Positions 30,958 through 45,624 of a DNA stretch of 64,000 bases are shown here, one piece after another. Made by a program: the position numbers and the translations under genes. Source of the stretch: an uncultured delta proteobacterium (GTDB taxonomy: Bacteria; Myxococcota_A; Polyangia; Polyangiales; Polyangiaceae). Below the pieces are notes generated by a model that had not been told where the DNA came from, made no database searches, and was given only the letters and a program-made list of their open reading frames with translations. The DNA lies in the NCBI GenBank assembly GCA_963716725.1, contig CAVQUB010000021.1, forward strand, positions 96,001 to 160,000. The letters run 5' to 3'. Every line of letters begins with the position of its first letter. Positions within the stretch are counted from its first letter, which is position 1.

Positions 30958-33108
30958 TCAAGGTGTTGCGAGGCGCTCGCGAAGTCGTGTGCTGCGCTCT
31001 TCGCGCCGAACCTCGGACAGCGCCAGGCGCAGCGCCCGGGGATCGGCCACCACCACGCACAGGCGCTTGGCGCGCGTCACCGCCGTGTAGAGCAAGTTGC
31101 GACTCAGCATCACGAAGTGCGCGGACGAGAGCGGCAGCACCACCACCGGGTACTCGCTGCCCTGACTCTTGTGGATGCTGGTTGCGTACGCGAGCGTCAG
31201 GCTCTCGAGATCCGTGTCCTCGAGATCGACTTCGCGCTCGTCGAAGCGCACCCGCACCCGACGCTCCGAAGCGTCCACCGCCACGATGACACCGAGGTCG
31301 CCGTTGAAGACGTCGCGCTCGTAGTCGTTCTTGGTCTGCATGACCTTGTCGCCCACGCGAAGCTTCTGACCCCGCGAGTCGAGCGACGGCCCGCTCGGGT
31401 TGAGCGCGGCCTGCAGGCGCTCGTTGAGAACTTGGGTGCCGGCCGGTCCCCGGTGCATCGGTGTGAGCACCTGGATGTCCTTCACCGGATCGAAACCGAA
31501 TCGCTTCGGGATGCGCGTCGCAGCGAACTCGACCACGAGCGCCGCTGCTTCTTCGGCGTCGCGGCGGTGCACCACGAAGAAGTCGGCGTTTGTCTCCTCG
31601 GCGTTGGCGCTAACCGGAGGCTCGCCGACGAGAATGCGATGAGCGTTCTCGACGATGCGACTCTCGCTGCCCTGGCGGAAGATCTCGTTCAAGCGCACGA
31701 CCCGCACGGCCCCGCTGTCGATCAGATCCCGCAGCAGCGCGCCGGGCCCAACGCTGGGCAGCTGGTCCGCGTCGCCCACGACCACCCAACGCGCCTCCGA
31801 TGGCGTCGCCGAAAGCAGCGCGGCGCCCAGAGGCAGATCGATCATCGAGGCCTCGTCCACGATCACGGCGTCGACGTCGAGAGGGGCGTCGGCGGTGCGC
31901 TGGAAGCGGGCCGATCGCGGCTCGAACTCCAGCAAGCGGTGCAAGGTGGTCGCCTCGCGGCCCGTGGCCTCGGCCAGGCGTTTGGCGGCGCGGCCCGTGG
32001 GCGCCGCGAGCCGCGTGCGCAGGCGCGCGGCCTCGAACACGCTGAGCACGGCGCGCACGATGGTGGTCTTGCCCACGCCCGGGCCGCCGGTGATGACCAG
32101 CACCTTCTCGCTGGCAGCGGCCTCGACCGCGGCGCGCTGCGCCGGCGCCAGGGAGAGGCCCCGGCGCTTCTCGAAGGCGTCAATGGCGGTCTCGAGCCCC
32201 GGGAGCCGGGGCGCCGGCGCATCGATCAAGCGCCTCACGCTCTCGGCGAAGCTCTGCTCGGCGGCGTGCAGTCGCCACAGAAAGGCAAAATCGTCCTCCA
32301 CGACGACCCGCTCGCTGGCACGCAGGGCGTCCACCGCAGACTCGACGTGAGCGGCGTCGATCTCGAGCATCGCGGCCGATCGCTCGACAAGCGCCGTCCG
32401 CGGCACCGCGACGTGCCCCTGATCGGCCAAGACCCCGAGCTCGTGTAAGACCCCGGCTTGGGCGCGCTCTGGGTGATCTCCGGCGATGCCCAGCGAACGC
32501 GCGATGCGATCCGCCGTCTTGAAGCCGACGCCGTGGACCTCGAGCGCCAGTCGATAGGGCGAAAGCTGCACGACGCTGGCGCTGCGCTCACCGTAGCGTT
32601 GGAAGATGCGCGCCGCCAAGGCCGGAGATGCGCCGTGGGTCTGGAGCAGAACCATGACGTTGGCGATGGCGCGGTGCAGGACCCATGCCTTCTTGATCTC
32701 TTCCACGCGCCGCGCGCCGATGCCCGGCACATTGCCCAGCCGCTCGGGATCGGTGTCGAGCACCTTCAGCGACTCGAGGCCGAAGGTCGCGACGATGCGC
32801 TTGGCGAAGCCGGGGCCGATGCCCGGAATCAGCCCCGAGCCGAGGTACTTCTCCAGGCCGACCAAGGTCGCCGGCTCGATGGCCACCAGCGACTCGGCGC
32901 GAAACTGCTCGCCGCGCTTCGGGTCACGGACGAAGTCGCCGGTGACACGCACCCGGGTGCCAGGTCCCACGGCCTGGAAGTTCCCGACCACGACGATGGA
33001 TCCAGTCTGTTTTGCGTCGTCGATGGATCCGACGCGCAACACCCGGAAGCCCGTCTCCTCGTTCTCGAAGGTGACGCGCTCGACTTGGCCCGTCAGCGTG
33101 GTCGGCAC
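30958..33108 (-). CDS. recD2: ATP-dependent RecD-like DNA helicase RecD2
   Basis: N-terminal OB/HhH region (YLGSGLIPGIG); TGGPGVGKTT, APTGRAAKRL, DEASM, GDADQLPSVG, HKSQGSEY and LYTAVTRA motifs. Confidence 0.95.
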   Translation of the reverse strand: MPTTLTGQVERVTFENEETGFRVLRVGSIDDAKQTGSIVVVGNFQAVGPGTRVRVTGDFVRDPKRGEQFRAESLVAIEPATLVGLEKYLGSGLIPGIGPGFAKRIVATFGLESLKVLDTDPERLGNVPGIGARRVEEIKKAWVLHRAIANVMVLLQTHGASPALAARIFQRYGERSASVVQLSPYRLALEVHGVGFKTADRIARSLGIAGDHPERAQAGVLHELGVLADQGHVAVPRTALVERSAAMLEIDAAHVESAVDALRASERVVVEDDFAFLWRLHAAEQSFAESVRRLIDAPAPRLPGLETAIDAFEKRRGLSLAPAQRAAVEAAASEKVLVITGGPGVGKTTIVRAVLSVFEAARLRTRLAAPTGRAAKRLAEATGREATTLHRLLEFEPRSARFQRTADAPLDVDAVIVDEASMIDLPLGAALLSATPSEARWVVVGDADQLPSVGPGALLRDLIDSGAVRVVRLNEIFRQGSESRIVENAHRILVGEPPVSANAEETNADFFVVHRRDAEEAAALVVEFAATRIPKRFGFDPVKDIQVLTPMHRGPAGTQVLNERLQAALNPSGPSLDSRGQKLRVGDKVMQTKNDYERDVFNGDLGVIVAVDASERRVRVRFDEREVDLEDTDLESLTLAYATSIHKSQGSEYPVVVLPLSSAHFVMLSRNLLYTAVTRAKRLCVVVADPRALRLALSEVRREERSTRLRERLATP

Positions 33109-33134
33109 GTCGTGAAGCTACACCGCGCCGACGA

Positions 33135-34640
33135 TCACTGCTGGCAGATCTTGAAGCGGCGCAAGCGCAAAGTGTTGGAATCTCGCCACGCCACCAGCAG
33201 CTTGTCGTCGGCGTAGGCGATGACTGGTTGGTCGACGGAGGAGGAGAGCTTCGACGTGGTTGGCCCGTCCATCTCGAAGCCTCCCACCGCCACGACCTCG
33301 AGCTGGCCCGGCGCGAGCTCGACGTAGCTGGCGTTGACCCACAGCTCGCCGGTCGCAGCGGTGACGCCGGCGACGGCGAAGTGGACGCGTTCGCTGCTGG
33401 AGCCTGGCGGCCGATTGTAGGCCACCAGGCCCGGCAGCGACACCCCGGGCAGGGTGGGATCGTCAGCGGACTTGCAGGTCTCGATCTCGCTCCAGCTCCC
33501 GCCGGTCAGGTAGAAGGAGTTGAACTCGGTCAGGACCGGACCGATGGGCTTGTGGGCGAAGGCTCCCACCCACATTCGTCCTCGACCTGCAGCAGCGAGG
33601 CCCTCGAAGATCCCGGTCTTGGCGTAGCAGGACGTGATCGTGTCGCCCACGCCGCCCGGAAATGTCAGCCTGAGCTGCGAGTCGTCTCGCCAGAGCGCGC
33701 CCACCGCCGAGTCGGACACCACCGGCGCCAGGCCGGTCACTGAGGCGGCCGGAATCCACTTCTCCTTCGGTTTCGCCCCCGCGCTGCCCATCCACACGCC
33801 GCCAGGCCCGATCCACATCGCGCTGGCTTGTCCGTTCGGAGCGACGTACGGAACCGGTCGTCGCGTGCCGTCGAGGGTAGCGCCGTAGCAGGCGCCCGTG
33901 CACACGTCCTTGGCAAGGGGTGGACTCAGAAGGTCGGCGGGGTACTCGAGCTGTTTTACGCGCCAGTCCAAAACTCCGACCTCCACCGCGCCGAACCCCA
34001 CCAGCTTGCCACCAGCGTAGAGCAACCCCACCGGACCGCGGGGAGCTGCTCCGAGATCGGAACCGAACAGGCGCTCGGCGCCCTTCTGCAGCGAGCCAGC
34101 CACGGGCACCTCGAAGACCGCGGTCTCGTAGTCGTAGGCCAACGGCCCGGCGTCGGGCTTCTTGGTTCCGAAGTACTTGGAGACGTAGAAGCGCCCGGCG
34201 CCGCCGGTCACGCTCAACCCGCCGAGGTGGTCATGCGCAGGTAGGTCGATCTGCCCATCATCGAACAGCTTGCCCGTGTGGAAACACACGTTGGGTCCGG
34301 CATCGTGCTGGACGCACACGTCGGTCGTGCACGGATCGCCGTCGTCGCACTCGGCGCTGACCCCCGGAGTCGTACAGGCCAGCGGTCCGGCATCGGCCGA
34401 GTCCCCGGCGTCCCCCGCATCACCCGCGCCGCCCGCGCCGCCCGCGCCGCCCGAGCCGCCGCCCGAGCCGCCGCCCGCCCCGGCGCCGCCAGTCCCGCCC
34501 GCGCCTGCGGCCCCGCCGAGGGAAGAGTCGGTGCCCGCATCGCCGGCCTCGGCCCCGAGCTCGTCAAAGTCCAGGAGGAATGCGCAAGAAACCGAGCCAA
34601 AGAGCGCGATCACTGGCAGCCAGCCGAGGGCGGTACGCAT
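33135..34640 (-). CDS. Hypothetical lipoprotein with Gly-rich linker and CDDGDPCTTDVC repeat
   Basis: SVSC lipobox-like motif; Dictyostelium-type Cys repeat; beta-rich C-terminal domain. Confidence 0.75.
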   Translation of the reverse strand: MRTALGWLPVIALFGSVSCAFLLDFDELGAEAGDAGTDSSLGGAAGAGGTGGAGAGGGSGGGSGGAGGAGGAGDAGDAGDSADAGPLACTTPGVSAECDDGDPCTTDVCVQHDAGPNVCFHTGKLFDDGQIDLPAHDHLGGLSVTGGAGRFYVSKYFGTKKPDAGPLAYDYETAVFEVPVAGSLQKGAERLFGSDLGAAPRGPVGLLYAGGKLVGFGAVEVGVLDWRVKQLEYPADLLSPPLAKDVCTGACYGATLDGTRRPVPYVAPNGQASAMWIGPGGVWMGSAGAKPKEKWIPAASVTGLAPVVSDSAVGALWRDDSQLRLTFPGGVGDTITSCYAKTGIFEGLAAAGRGRMWVGAFAHKPIGPVLTEFNSFYLTGGSWSEIETCKSADDPTLPGVSLPGLVAYNRPPGSSSERVHFAVAGVTAATGELWVNASYVELAPGQLEVVAVGGFEMDGPTTSKLSSSVDQPVIAYADDKLLVAWRDSNTLRLRRFKICQQ

Positions 34641-34729
34641 CGCTCACAGCATAGCCGGGGCCCGCTGCGCAGGCCAACCCGCTCCGTCCTTGCAGCCCGG
34701 ATCCGCGCCGGGGTATTCGAACAAGCGTC

Positions 34730-37440
<2,711 letters not shown>

Positions 37441-37444
<4 letters not shown>

Positions 37445-38229
37445 GCGGCGAGTCCCCGGTCGCGATCGAACGACGCGGGAGCGTCGCGATCTTGCGCATC
37501 GACCGCACCGATCGCATGAACGCGCTGTCGCGGGCGACGCTCCAGGCCTTCGGGCGCATCGGACGAGAGCTCGGCGGCGATGCGTCGCTGCGCGCCATCG
37601 TGTTGACCGGCACGGGCGACAAGGCCTTCTGCGCCGGCGCGGATCTCAAAGAGCGCCAAGGCATGGACGAGAACGCCGTGCGCGATCAGGTGAAGCTGTA
37701 TCGCAGCGAGCTCGGCTGGCTCGATACCTCGCCGGTGCCCGTGGTCGCCGCGCTCAACGGCGTGGCCCTGGGCGGCGGACTCGAGCTGGCGCTGCTCGCG
37801 GATCTGCGCGTGGCCGCGGCCCACGCGACGCTGGGGCTGCCCGAGACCAGCATCGGCATCATCCCCGGTGCTGGCGGCACCCAACGCTTGCCCCGAGTCG
37901 TGGGCGAGGCTCGGGCCAAAGAGCTGATCTTGCTCGGTCGCCGCCTGAGCGCGGACGAAGCCCTGGCCATCGGTCTCGTGAACCGCGTCACTCCAGCCGG
38001 GGTGGATCTGATCGAGGACACCTTGTCGTTCATCACGCCCATCAGCCAAGGCGCCCCCATCGCGCAGGCCGCGGCGCTTCGGGCCATCGACCTGTCTTTC
38101 GAGACGGATCTCGATCACGGGCTCGAGCTGGAACGTCTGGCCTACGACGACTGCCTCCGCAGCGAGGACCGCCTCGAAGCGCTCAGGGCCTTCGCCGAGA
38201 AGCGCAAGCCCGAGTTCAAGGGGCGTTGA
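37441..38229 (+). CDS. Enoyl-CoA hydratase/isomerase family protein
   Basis: FCAGADLKE, ALGGGLEL and LPETSIGIIPGAGGTQRL motifs. Confidence 0.95.
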
Positions 38230-39368
38230 GCGACCGCCCGCTCACCTCGAGACTCGCGCCGACGGTTGCGATCGCGGCTCTGGTCGCGCTCGCCGTCGCG
38301 CTCGGGGTCTGGCGCCTGCGACGGGTCGCCCCGGAGACCGCGCCGCCCGAGGGCGCCCACGGTCAGAGCGCGCGTGACCCTGCACCAGTCGACGCGGCCG
38401 CTGACGCGGCGTCCGCGCTGCCCAAACCCAAGCGGCCGGACGACGACCAGCCGAAGACGCTCGGCGCCCAGCGCGAACGGACCTACGGGCGCATGCGCGA
38501 CGAGCTCGGCCTCGACGCGGCCACCATGCAAAAGGTGCGCGCCATCGTCGACAAGAACAAGGTGATCAGCGAGGGCAACCCGGAGGTCTCCACTCACCCA
38601 ATGAAGCGCGGCGAGTGTTGGGAGGCTCGTGACCGAGCGGGGCTCCACGAGGCGGAGGCGCTGGTGAAGCTCGAGGTGAACCAGAAGCTGTGCGGCGCCC
38701 GCCACATGGTTCCGGTCTTCGGCAAGGACCAGAGCCAACGCGCCGAGCTGTGCATCGATCAGTACGAGTTCCCCAACATGCCCTGCGAGTACCCGATGGT
38801 GTACCCCTCGGCTCAGGAGGCGGCGCAGCTCTGCGTCGCCGTGGGCAAGCGCCTGTGCGACGCCCACGAATGGGAAGGCGCCTGCGCAGGCGAGCTTCGC
38901 CGTGCCGAGGACGAGTACCTCTGGACCAGACCGCGCCGCGTCGAAATGGAGTTCTTCAAGAACGAGAAGCGCGACAAGATCTGGGCTTATGGTCCCGAGA
39001 AGAACCACCGAATGTGCGCGACGGGTTCGACGAAGAGCCCCAAGTGCAACGGCGGGGGCTGGGAGACCTGCGGGACCAACTCGTACCCGGCGGGCGCGTT
39101 CCCGGAATGCGTGAGCCCCTTCGGCGTGTTCGATCAGCACGGCAACGCCGCGGAGCACATGAACCTGCCGATGAAGGCCGAGGAGCTCGGGAAGCGCGGC
39201 GGGCTCGGCGAGACCGAGATGAAGGGCAGCTGGTTCATCTTCGCCCGCGGTGAAGCCCACGAAGACGACTGTCGCTGGCGCGCCCCGGCGTGGCACGCGA
39301 CACGGATCGACTACTGGAACAGTCACCGCAACTATCACCTGGGCTTCCGCTGCTGCCGCGACCTGTGA
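38226..39368 (+). CDS. FGE-sulfatase (SUMF1-like) domain protein
   Basis: TTG start overlapping the upstream stop; N-terminal TM; CIDQYEFPN, KRLCDAHEWEGAC, DQHGNAAE and LGFRCC motifs. Confidence 0.85.
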   Translation: MSDRPLTSRLAPTVAIAALVALAVALGVWRLRRVAPETAPPEGAHGQSARDPAPVDAAADAASALPKPKRPDDDQPKTLGAQRERTYGRMRDELGLDAATMQKVRAIVDKNKVISEGNPEVSTHPMKRGECWEARDRAGLHEAEALVKLEVNQKLCGARHMVPVFGKDQSQRAELCIDQYEFPNMPCEYPMVYPSAQEAAQLCVAVGKRLCDAHEWEGACAGELRRAEDEYLWTRPRRVEMEFFKNEKRDKIWAYGPEKNHRMCATGSTKSPKCNGGGWETCGTNSYPAGAFPECVSPFGVFDQHGNAAEHMNLPMKAEELGKRGGLGETEMKGSWFIFARGEAHEDDCRWRAPAWHATRIDYWNSHRNYHLGFRCCRDL

Positions 39369-39425
39369 ACCACCAGTCGCGAGCGATCTTGACCTGATCC
39401 GCGTCCACCGCGTAGCCCTTGGCGC

Positions 39426-39578
39426 ATGCGTCGGTTCGTCGTCTTGGGCATCCTGATTTCCACCTTCGGCTGCTCGGGCGACCTCAGCATCAACGGCGCG
39501 ACCATCGAACAGCTCGTGAAAGATCCCAAGCTGCTCGCCGAGGTCGAATTGCTGCGCACGGCCTCGAACTGCCCCTGA
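39426..39578 (+). CDS. 50-aa putative lipoprotein
   Basis: Manual translation MRRFVVLGILISTFGC-SGDLSINGATIEQLVKDPKLLAEVELLRTASNCP; below the ORF-track cutoff. Confidence 0.5.
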   Translation: MRRFVVLGILISTFGCSGDLSINGATIEQLVKDPKLLAEVELLRTASNCP

Positions 39579-39638
39579 CCAGGAGGCATCGCCTCGGATT
39601 CGTGCGCCGCTGCGACGCAGCTGGGCTAAGCTCGACCC

Positions 39639-41162
39639 ATGCGCGTTTCAGCTTTCTTGGCGGTGGTTGCGATCAGCGGCGCCGCGGCGGGGATCCTCGC
39701 CGGCGGTTGCGGCAGCTCGAACTCCGGCGGCGGTGGCGGTGGAATGGACTCGGGCCTCGGCGGCGAGGCCGGGTACGCCGGAGACGGGGGCAGCGGCTTC
39801 GGCGGCGAGGCCGGGTACGGCGGCTCGGACGGCGGCGGCCCGGTCGGAGGACCGCCGCTCCCGCCACAGCTCGAGTCCAAGCTCGAGGAGCTCGGGACGA
39901 CCTGCATTCAGCTGATGGTGAACTACGACGGTGATCCCATCGAATGGTCACTGATCGAAGCGGGGCGCGCGGCCTACGCGCAGGGCGCCACGGACATTGC
40001 CCTCTCGCAATCGGGCTGCACGCGCATGTACGTCGATCGCGACGGTGCGACCGTCAAGAGCGCCTGGATCGTCGCGCCGCCCTTCGTGGTGGTCGCGCTC
40101 GATCCTCGGCTGCCACCCTTCTTCCTCGGCTCCCTCTCGGCGTGGGTGCCGGCCTCGACTGGGGAGGGCTTCTTCGTCGATGCCGATGGCGATGGCTATT
40201 TCGAGCACCGCGAGAACGTCGAGTACGAGAAGAAGGCCGTGATCGAAGCCTTCGCGCAGCCAACGAACAGCGTCAGCTGGCGCCGCACCGTGACGGTGAC
40301 CGCAGACAGTCGCTTTTACGACATCAAAGATGAGCGCTTTGACACCGGAGGCGCGCCCGTGACCACGACGAGTTCGGCGCCGATCAGTCAGAAGGCATGC
40401 GATCCGGCCGGCAACAAGCCGCCCCCCAAGGATCCGACCTCGAAGCAGCCGGCAGACGTGCAAACGCGGCCCTGCACTCCGGACGAGCGCAGCAAGATCT
40501 GGAAGTCCATGGGTGAGGCCAACCTCAAAGGCAATCGCTGCCTGTGGGCCCTCGGGAAGCGCGACGCTTCGGACAAGGTGTTGCACACCTTCATACGCGG
40601 CGAGCCGACCTTCGAGTGTACCGACGAGGATCAGGGGTTCATCGCGGCAAACGACCGCGGCTTCGCCAACCTCTTCCCTGATCAATACCGGATGATCTTC
40701 CACTCGGACTTCTTCACCAAGGATCCGCTCTCGGCCCAGGCGGCGGGCACAGCGTTCCACGAGCTGCTCCACTTCGTCGGCACTCACGACGGCGATCTCG
40801 AGGCCGCGGCGTCGGAAGCCAACCTGCGCCTGACAGATCCGACCTACGCCTGCGAGTACGCGTGCTTCGGCGACAATGCGACGGAGTGCCACATGGCGGC
40901 GTGCCTCGGCAAGACGATGAGCACGAGCTGGAAAGGAAAGAAGTGCACCGGAACGCTGGATGACACGATGAGGGCCAAGCTCGAGAAGGCGCGTGGCAAG
41001 CCGCTGGCCGGATGCGCTACCGGTCACCAGGTCGGCGCGCTGTGCCGTAGCTTCGGGGGCGGCGCCAACGTGCTGTTCTGCGGCACGCTCCTCGAGTGCG
41101 AAGGCATGTGCCAGGACAAGTGCGAGAGCAAGAGCCTCTCCTGCCTCGACGACTGCCGCTGA
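39639..41162 (+). CDS. Lipoprotein with HExxH zincin-like motif and Cys-rich C-terminus
   Basis: LAGGC lipobox; GTAFHELLHFVG; many C-terminal Cys. Confidence 0.75.
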   Translation: MRVSAFLAVVAISGAAAGILAGGCGSSNSGGGGGGMDSGLGGEAGYAGDGGSGFGGEAGYGGSDGGGPVGGPPLPPQLESKLEELGTTCIQLMVNYDGDPIEWSLIEAGRAAYAQGATDIALSQSGCTRMYVDRDGATVKSAWIVAPPFVVVALDPRLPPFFLGSLSAWVPASTGEGFFVDADGDGYFEHRENVEYEKKAVIEAFAQPTNSVSWRRTVTVTADSRFYDIKDERFDTGGAPVTTTSSAPISQKACDPAGNKPPPKDPTSKQPADVQTRPCTPDERSKIWKSMGEANLKGNRCLWALGKRDASDKVLHTFIRGEPTFECTDEDQGFIAANDRGFANLFPDQYRMIFHSDFFTKDPLSAQAAGTAFHELLHFVGTHDGDLEAAASEANLRLTDPTYACEYACFGDNATECHMAACLGKTMSTSWKGKKCTGTLDDTMRAKLEKARGKPLAGCATGHQVGALCRSFGGGANVLFCGTLLECEGMCQDKCESKSLSCLDDCR

Positions 41163-42676
41163 CTGCGCCGGCGCGCCTCGCGCTGCTCGGCGTCGTTCTT
41201 GCGCTGCTGACGGCGCTCGTGCGCGCACCCTTTCGGCACCCCGACGGCGGGCACTTCCACGTCGCGCTGGCCCAGGAGCTGATGCTGAGCGCGGGCGCGG
41301 CGCTGCTCTGCGCCTTGGCTTGGCGCGCACGCCTAGCCACCCGAGCCGATCGCATCACGCTCTGGATCGGGCTCTTGCTGCTGCTCGAACTCCTCAGCGC
41401 GGCGCTGGCTCCGAACGGCCACCTGGCGCTCCGGGCCTCGACGCTGGTATTCGCGGGCTGCGCCCTGCTGCTCATCGCGCGCCACGCGCCCCCGGGCTCA
41501 GCGCAGGCCTTGGCCGTGCCGGCGGGCGTCGTCGCGGCCAGCGTCGTACTCGAAGCGCTGGGCGTGCTGCCTGGGCTCTCGCCACCGGGTCACGCTCCGG
41601 GCGGCGTGCTCGGTCAGCGCAACCTCGCGGCCCAGTTCATCGTATGCGGAGCCCCCTTCGTCGCGCTCTTGGCCGTGCGCGCGCCGGTGCGCTGGCAGCG
41701 CGGAGCGGGCCACGCCCTTGCGGCGCTGTCGATAGCAGCCGTCGTGCTGACGCGTTCTCGCAGCGCTTGGCTCGCGGTGATCGTGCTGCTCGCGCTCGGC
41801 GTCACGCTCGTCAGTACGCGCGCCGACAACGAGGGACGAGGCCGCGCGGCCCTGCTCGCGGTCACCATCGCAATCGGCGCCGGCGTTGCACCTCGCTTGC
41901 CGACGACGCTGGCGTGGTCATCTGCTACGCCCTTCCGAGATACGGCCTCACACCTGGTCGATGCGTCGACCGGCAGCGGAGCAGGACGCATGGCGCAATA
42001 CGGCACCACGCTGCGGATGGCGCTCGCGCACCCAATGCTAGGCGTGGGGCCAGGCGGCTGGTCGGGTCAGTATCCGCGCTTTGCCGCGGCGAACGATCCC
42101 AGCTTGCGCGCAGGCCTCCGCCCCACCAATCGACTCCCGAGCTCCGATTTGTTGGGCGCCGTCGCCGAGCGCGGGTTCATCGCGCTGGTGCTCGGGCTGC
42201 TCCTGCTGGTCGAGCTGTGGCGCGCGCCGGGCGCCGAACGCTGGACGCGCCGCGCGCTGCTGGTCGCGCTGGCCGTGGTCGCCAGCCTCGACGCAGTACT
42301 GCAGACCGCAGCGCCCCTCGCCCTCGTCGCTCTGGGTCTGGGGTTCACCACGCCCGCGGCCGACGAGCCCCCGGCGGGCACGCTGCTGCCGCGCGCTACC
42401 TTCGCGACCGCCGCGCTGATCTTGCTGGTCTTCGCCGGATTTTCCGGGCTGCGCCTGGCCGCGCTGCACGCGCTCTCGGGTCGTCAGACCTTCGCTGCCT
42501 TCGAGCTCGCCGTACGCCGCGACCCGGGCGACGTCGCCAGCCGCATGACGCTGGCCGAGGCCTTGGTAAAAGCCGGGCGTTGTGCCGAGGCGCGCTCGCA
42601 CCTCGCGTCGCTGCAGAGGCACTCGCCCGCGCACCCGTGGCTCCGCGAGCTCATCGGCCGCTGCGCGTCACAGTAG
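41159..42676 (+). CDS. O-antigen ligase / O-oligosaccharyltransferase-like (Wzy_C) membrane protein with C-terminal TPR
   Basis: Multiple TMs; GVLGQRNLAA, LTRSRSAWL, HPMLGVGPGGW and AERGFIA. Start uncertain. Confidence 0.8.
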   Translation: MTAPARLALLGVVLALLTALVRAPFRHPDGGHFHVALAQELMLSAGAALLCALAWRARLATRADRITLWIGLLLLLELLSAALAPNGHLALRASTLVFAGCALLLIARHAPPGSAQALAVPAGVVAASVVLEALGVLPGLSPPGHAPGGVLGQRNLAAQFIVCGAPFVALLAVRAPVRWQRGAGHALAALSIAAVVLTRSRSAWLAVIVLLALGVTLVSTRADNEGRGRAALLAVTIAIGAGVAPRLPTTLAWSSATPFRDTASHLVDASTGSGAGRMAQYGTTLRMALAHPMLGVGPGGWSGQYPRFAAANDPSLRAGLRPTNRLPSSDLLGAVAERGFIALVLGLLLLVELWRAPGAERWTRRALLVALAVVASLDAVLQTAAPLALVALGLGFTTPAADEPPAGTLLPRATFATAALILLVFAGFSGLRLAALHALSGRQTFAAFELAVRRDPGDVASRMTLAEALVKAGRCAEARSHLASLQRHSPAHPWLRELIGRCASQ

Positions 42677-42777
42677 GCGCCGTTGGTTCGGAACGAAGCG
42701 GAACGCTCGACGCGGCTGCAGCGCGGCGCCGCCGCGCGAGGGCGCCCGCTCGGATGGCGTGTGATACGATCGCTGCC

Positions 42778-44256
42778 GTGATCGATCCGCCGGAGTCGCG
42801 GCGCACGTCGGAACCCGGGCTGTTCCCCCACCGGCTCGGACGCTATGAAGTGCTGTTGCCCATCGCCAGCGGTGCCATGGCGACCGTGTACCTGGCGCGA
42901 GGGTTGGGCCCCGACGGCTTCGAGCGCGACGTCGCGCTCAAGCTCACCCATCTTCACGTGCGCGAAGACCCCGGCTTTGTCGTGTCGGTGATGGACGAGG
43001 CACGACTGGCGGGACAGATCCGTCACCCCAATGTCGTATCGGTGCTGGACGTCGGCGAAGACGCCCTCGGCGTGTTCATCGTCATGGAGTACGTCGAGGG
43101 GGATTCTCTGTCCGTGCTCTGGCGCTCCCTGCGAAAGCGCGAAGAACGAATGCCGCTGGCGGTGGGGCTCCGCTTGATGGACGACCTGCTGCGGGGGCTG
43201 CACGCCGCCCACGAACTCGTCGACGACGACGGAAAGGCCCTGGGCCTGGTGCACCGCGACGTGACCCCGCACAACGTGCTCTTGGGCATCGACGGGGTGA
43301 CCAAGCTCACGGACTTCGGGATCGCAAAGGCCGCCTCGCGGCCTGGCAGCACCGCGACGGGACGGGTCAAAGGCAAGATCGGCTACATGGCGCCGGAGCA
43401 AGCCCAGGGGAGGAGCATCGATCGACGGGTCGATGTCTGGGCTGCCGGTGTCAATGCCTGGGAGCTGTTTGCGGGCACCCGCCTCTACGACGGCAGCAAC
43501 GACGCCGCGATCTTGCTCAAGATCGTGCGCGAACCGCCGATGCGCCTGCGCGCCATCAATCCCGAGATCCCGGCAGCGATCGAGTCCGTCGTCGCGAAGG
43601 CGCTCGCCCTCGACGCCAGCGATCGTCATGACAGCGCGGAAACCTTTGCGGAGGCCCTCGTGGCCGCCGCACGATCGGCGGGCATGCACCGCGCCGAGCG
43701 CAGTGAGGTCACCCGGTTCCTGCAGCCGCTCCTGGGGGAGCGCTTGGAAGAACGCCGGGCCAAGTCCCGCGAAGTACGTGCTCTCCGGCAACAGTCGACA
43801 CAACTCGGGCGGCTGGACGCAAGTTCGCGCCCGTCGCAGCCCGAGCCATTGCTCCGGCGGGTCGAGGCGACCCGCGTCACTGAGGTCGAGCGGTCGGCTT
43901 CGACCGGTCACACGCAGACCGGCACGGCTGGGCTCTCGCCCCTGGCGAGCTCCATCCTGCCGCCGCGCCGGCGCCGAATGCTCGCCATCTCCGCGATCGC
44001 TGGCGCGGGCCTCACCGCGGTGGTTCTCGGCGTCACCGCTCTCGACGATGGCAGCGAACCCGCCGGCCGCGCCGCAGCGGCAAGCGCTCAGCCCGCTGGG
44101 GCCGCGGCAGCGCTTCCAGCGCGCCCGGCCCCGTCACTGGCCGCCTCGACCGCCTCGACCGCGTCGGCCAGCTCGACGGCACCCGAGTCGGAGACGCCGG
44201 CGAGCTCGGCGGGCGGTCGGGGCGGCGCTTCGACGCCAGCTCGCGGAAATCGGTAG
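42778..44256 (+). CDS. Ser/Thr protein kinase, membrane-anchored
   Basis: GAMATVY, VALK, HPNVV, HRDVTPHN, DFGIAK, YMAPEQ and DVW motifs; TM helix. Start GTG 42778 or ATG 42754. Confidence 0.93.
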   Translation: MIDPPESRRTSEPGLFPHRLGRYEVLLPIASGAMATVYLARGLGPDGFERDVALKLTHLHVREDPGFVVSVMDEARLAGQIRHPNVVSVLDVGEDALGVFIVMEYVEGDSLSVLWRSLRKREERMPLAVGLRLMDDLLRGLHAAHELVDDDGKALGLVHRDVTPHNVLLGIDGVTKLTDFGIAKAASRPGSTATGRVKGKIGYMAPEQAQGRSIDRRVDVWAAGVNAWELFAGTRLYDGSNDAAILLKIVREPPMRLRAINPEIPAAIESVVAKALALDASDRHDSAETFAEALVAAARSAGMHRAERSEVTRFLQPLLGERLEERRAKSREVRALRQQSTQLGRLDASSRPSQPEPLLRRVEATRVTEVERSASTGHTQTGTAGLSPLASSILPPRRRRMLAISAIAGAGLTAVVLGVTALDDGSEPAGRAAAASAQPAGAAAALPARPAPSLAASTASTASASSTAPESETPASSAGGRGGASTPARGNR

Positions 44257-44313
44257 CCCTTCCGGAGACACCGCCCTGGGGTCAACGGAGTGCATTCAGT
44301 CGGCCGGCTCTGA

Positions 44314-45624
<1,311 letters not shown>

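Noticed and set aside
30958..33108. RecD2 as a relaxase or mobile-element marker
   Set aside because: No integrase, transposase, conjugation genes or obvious compositional shift; ordinary chromosomal recD2.
40993..42777. Long N-terminal extension making the kinase 1087 aa
   Set aside because: Overlaps the O-antigen-ligase-like gene in another frame; the kinase domain starts near 42830.
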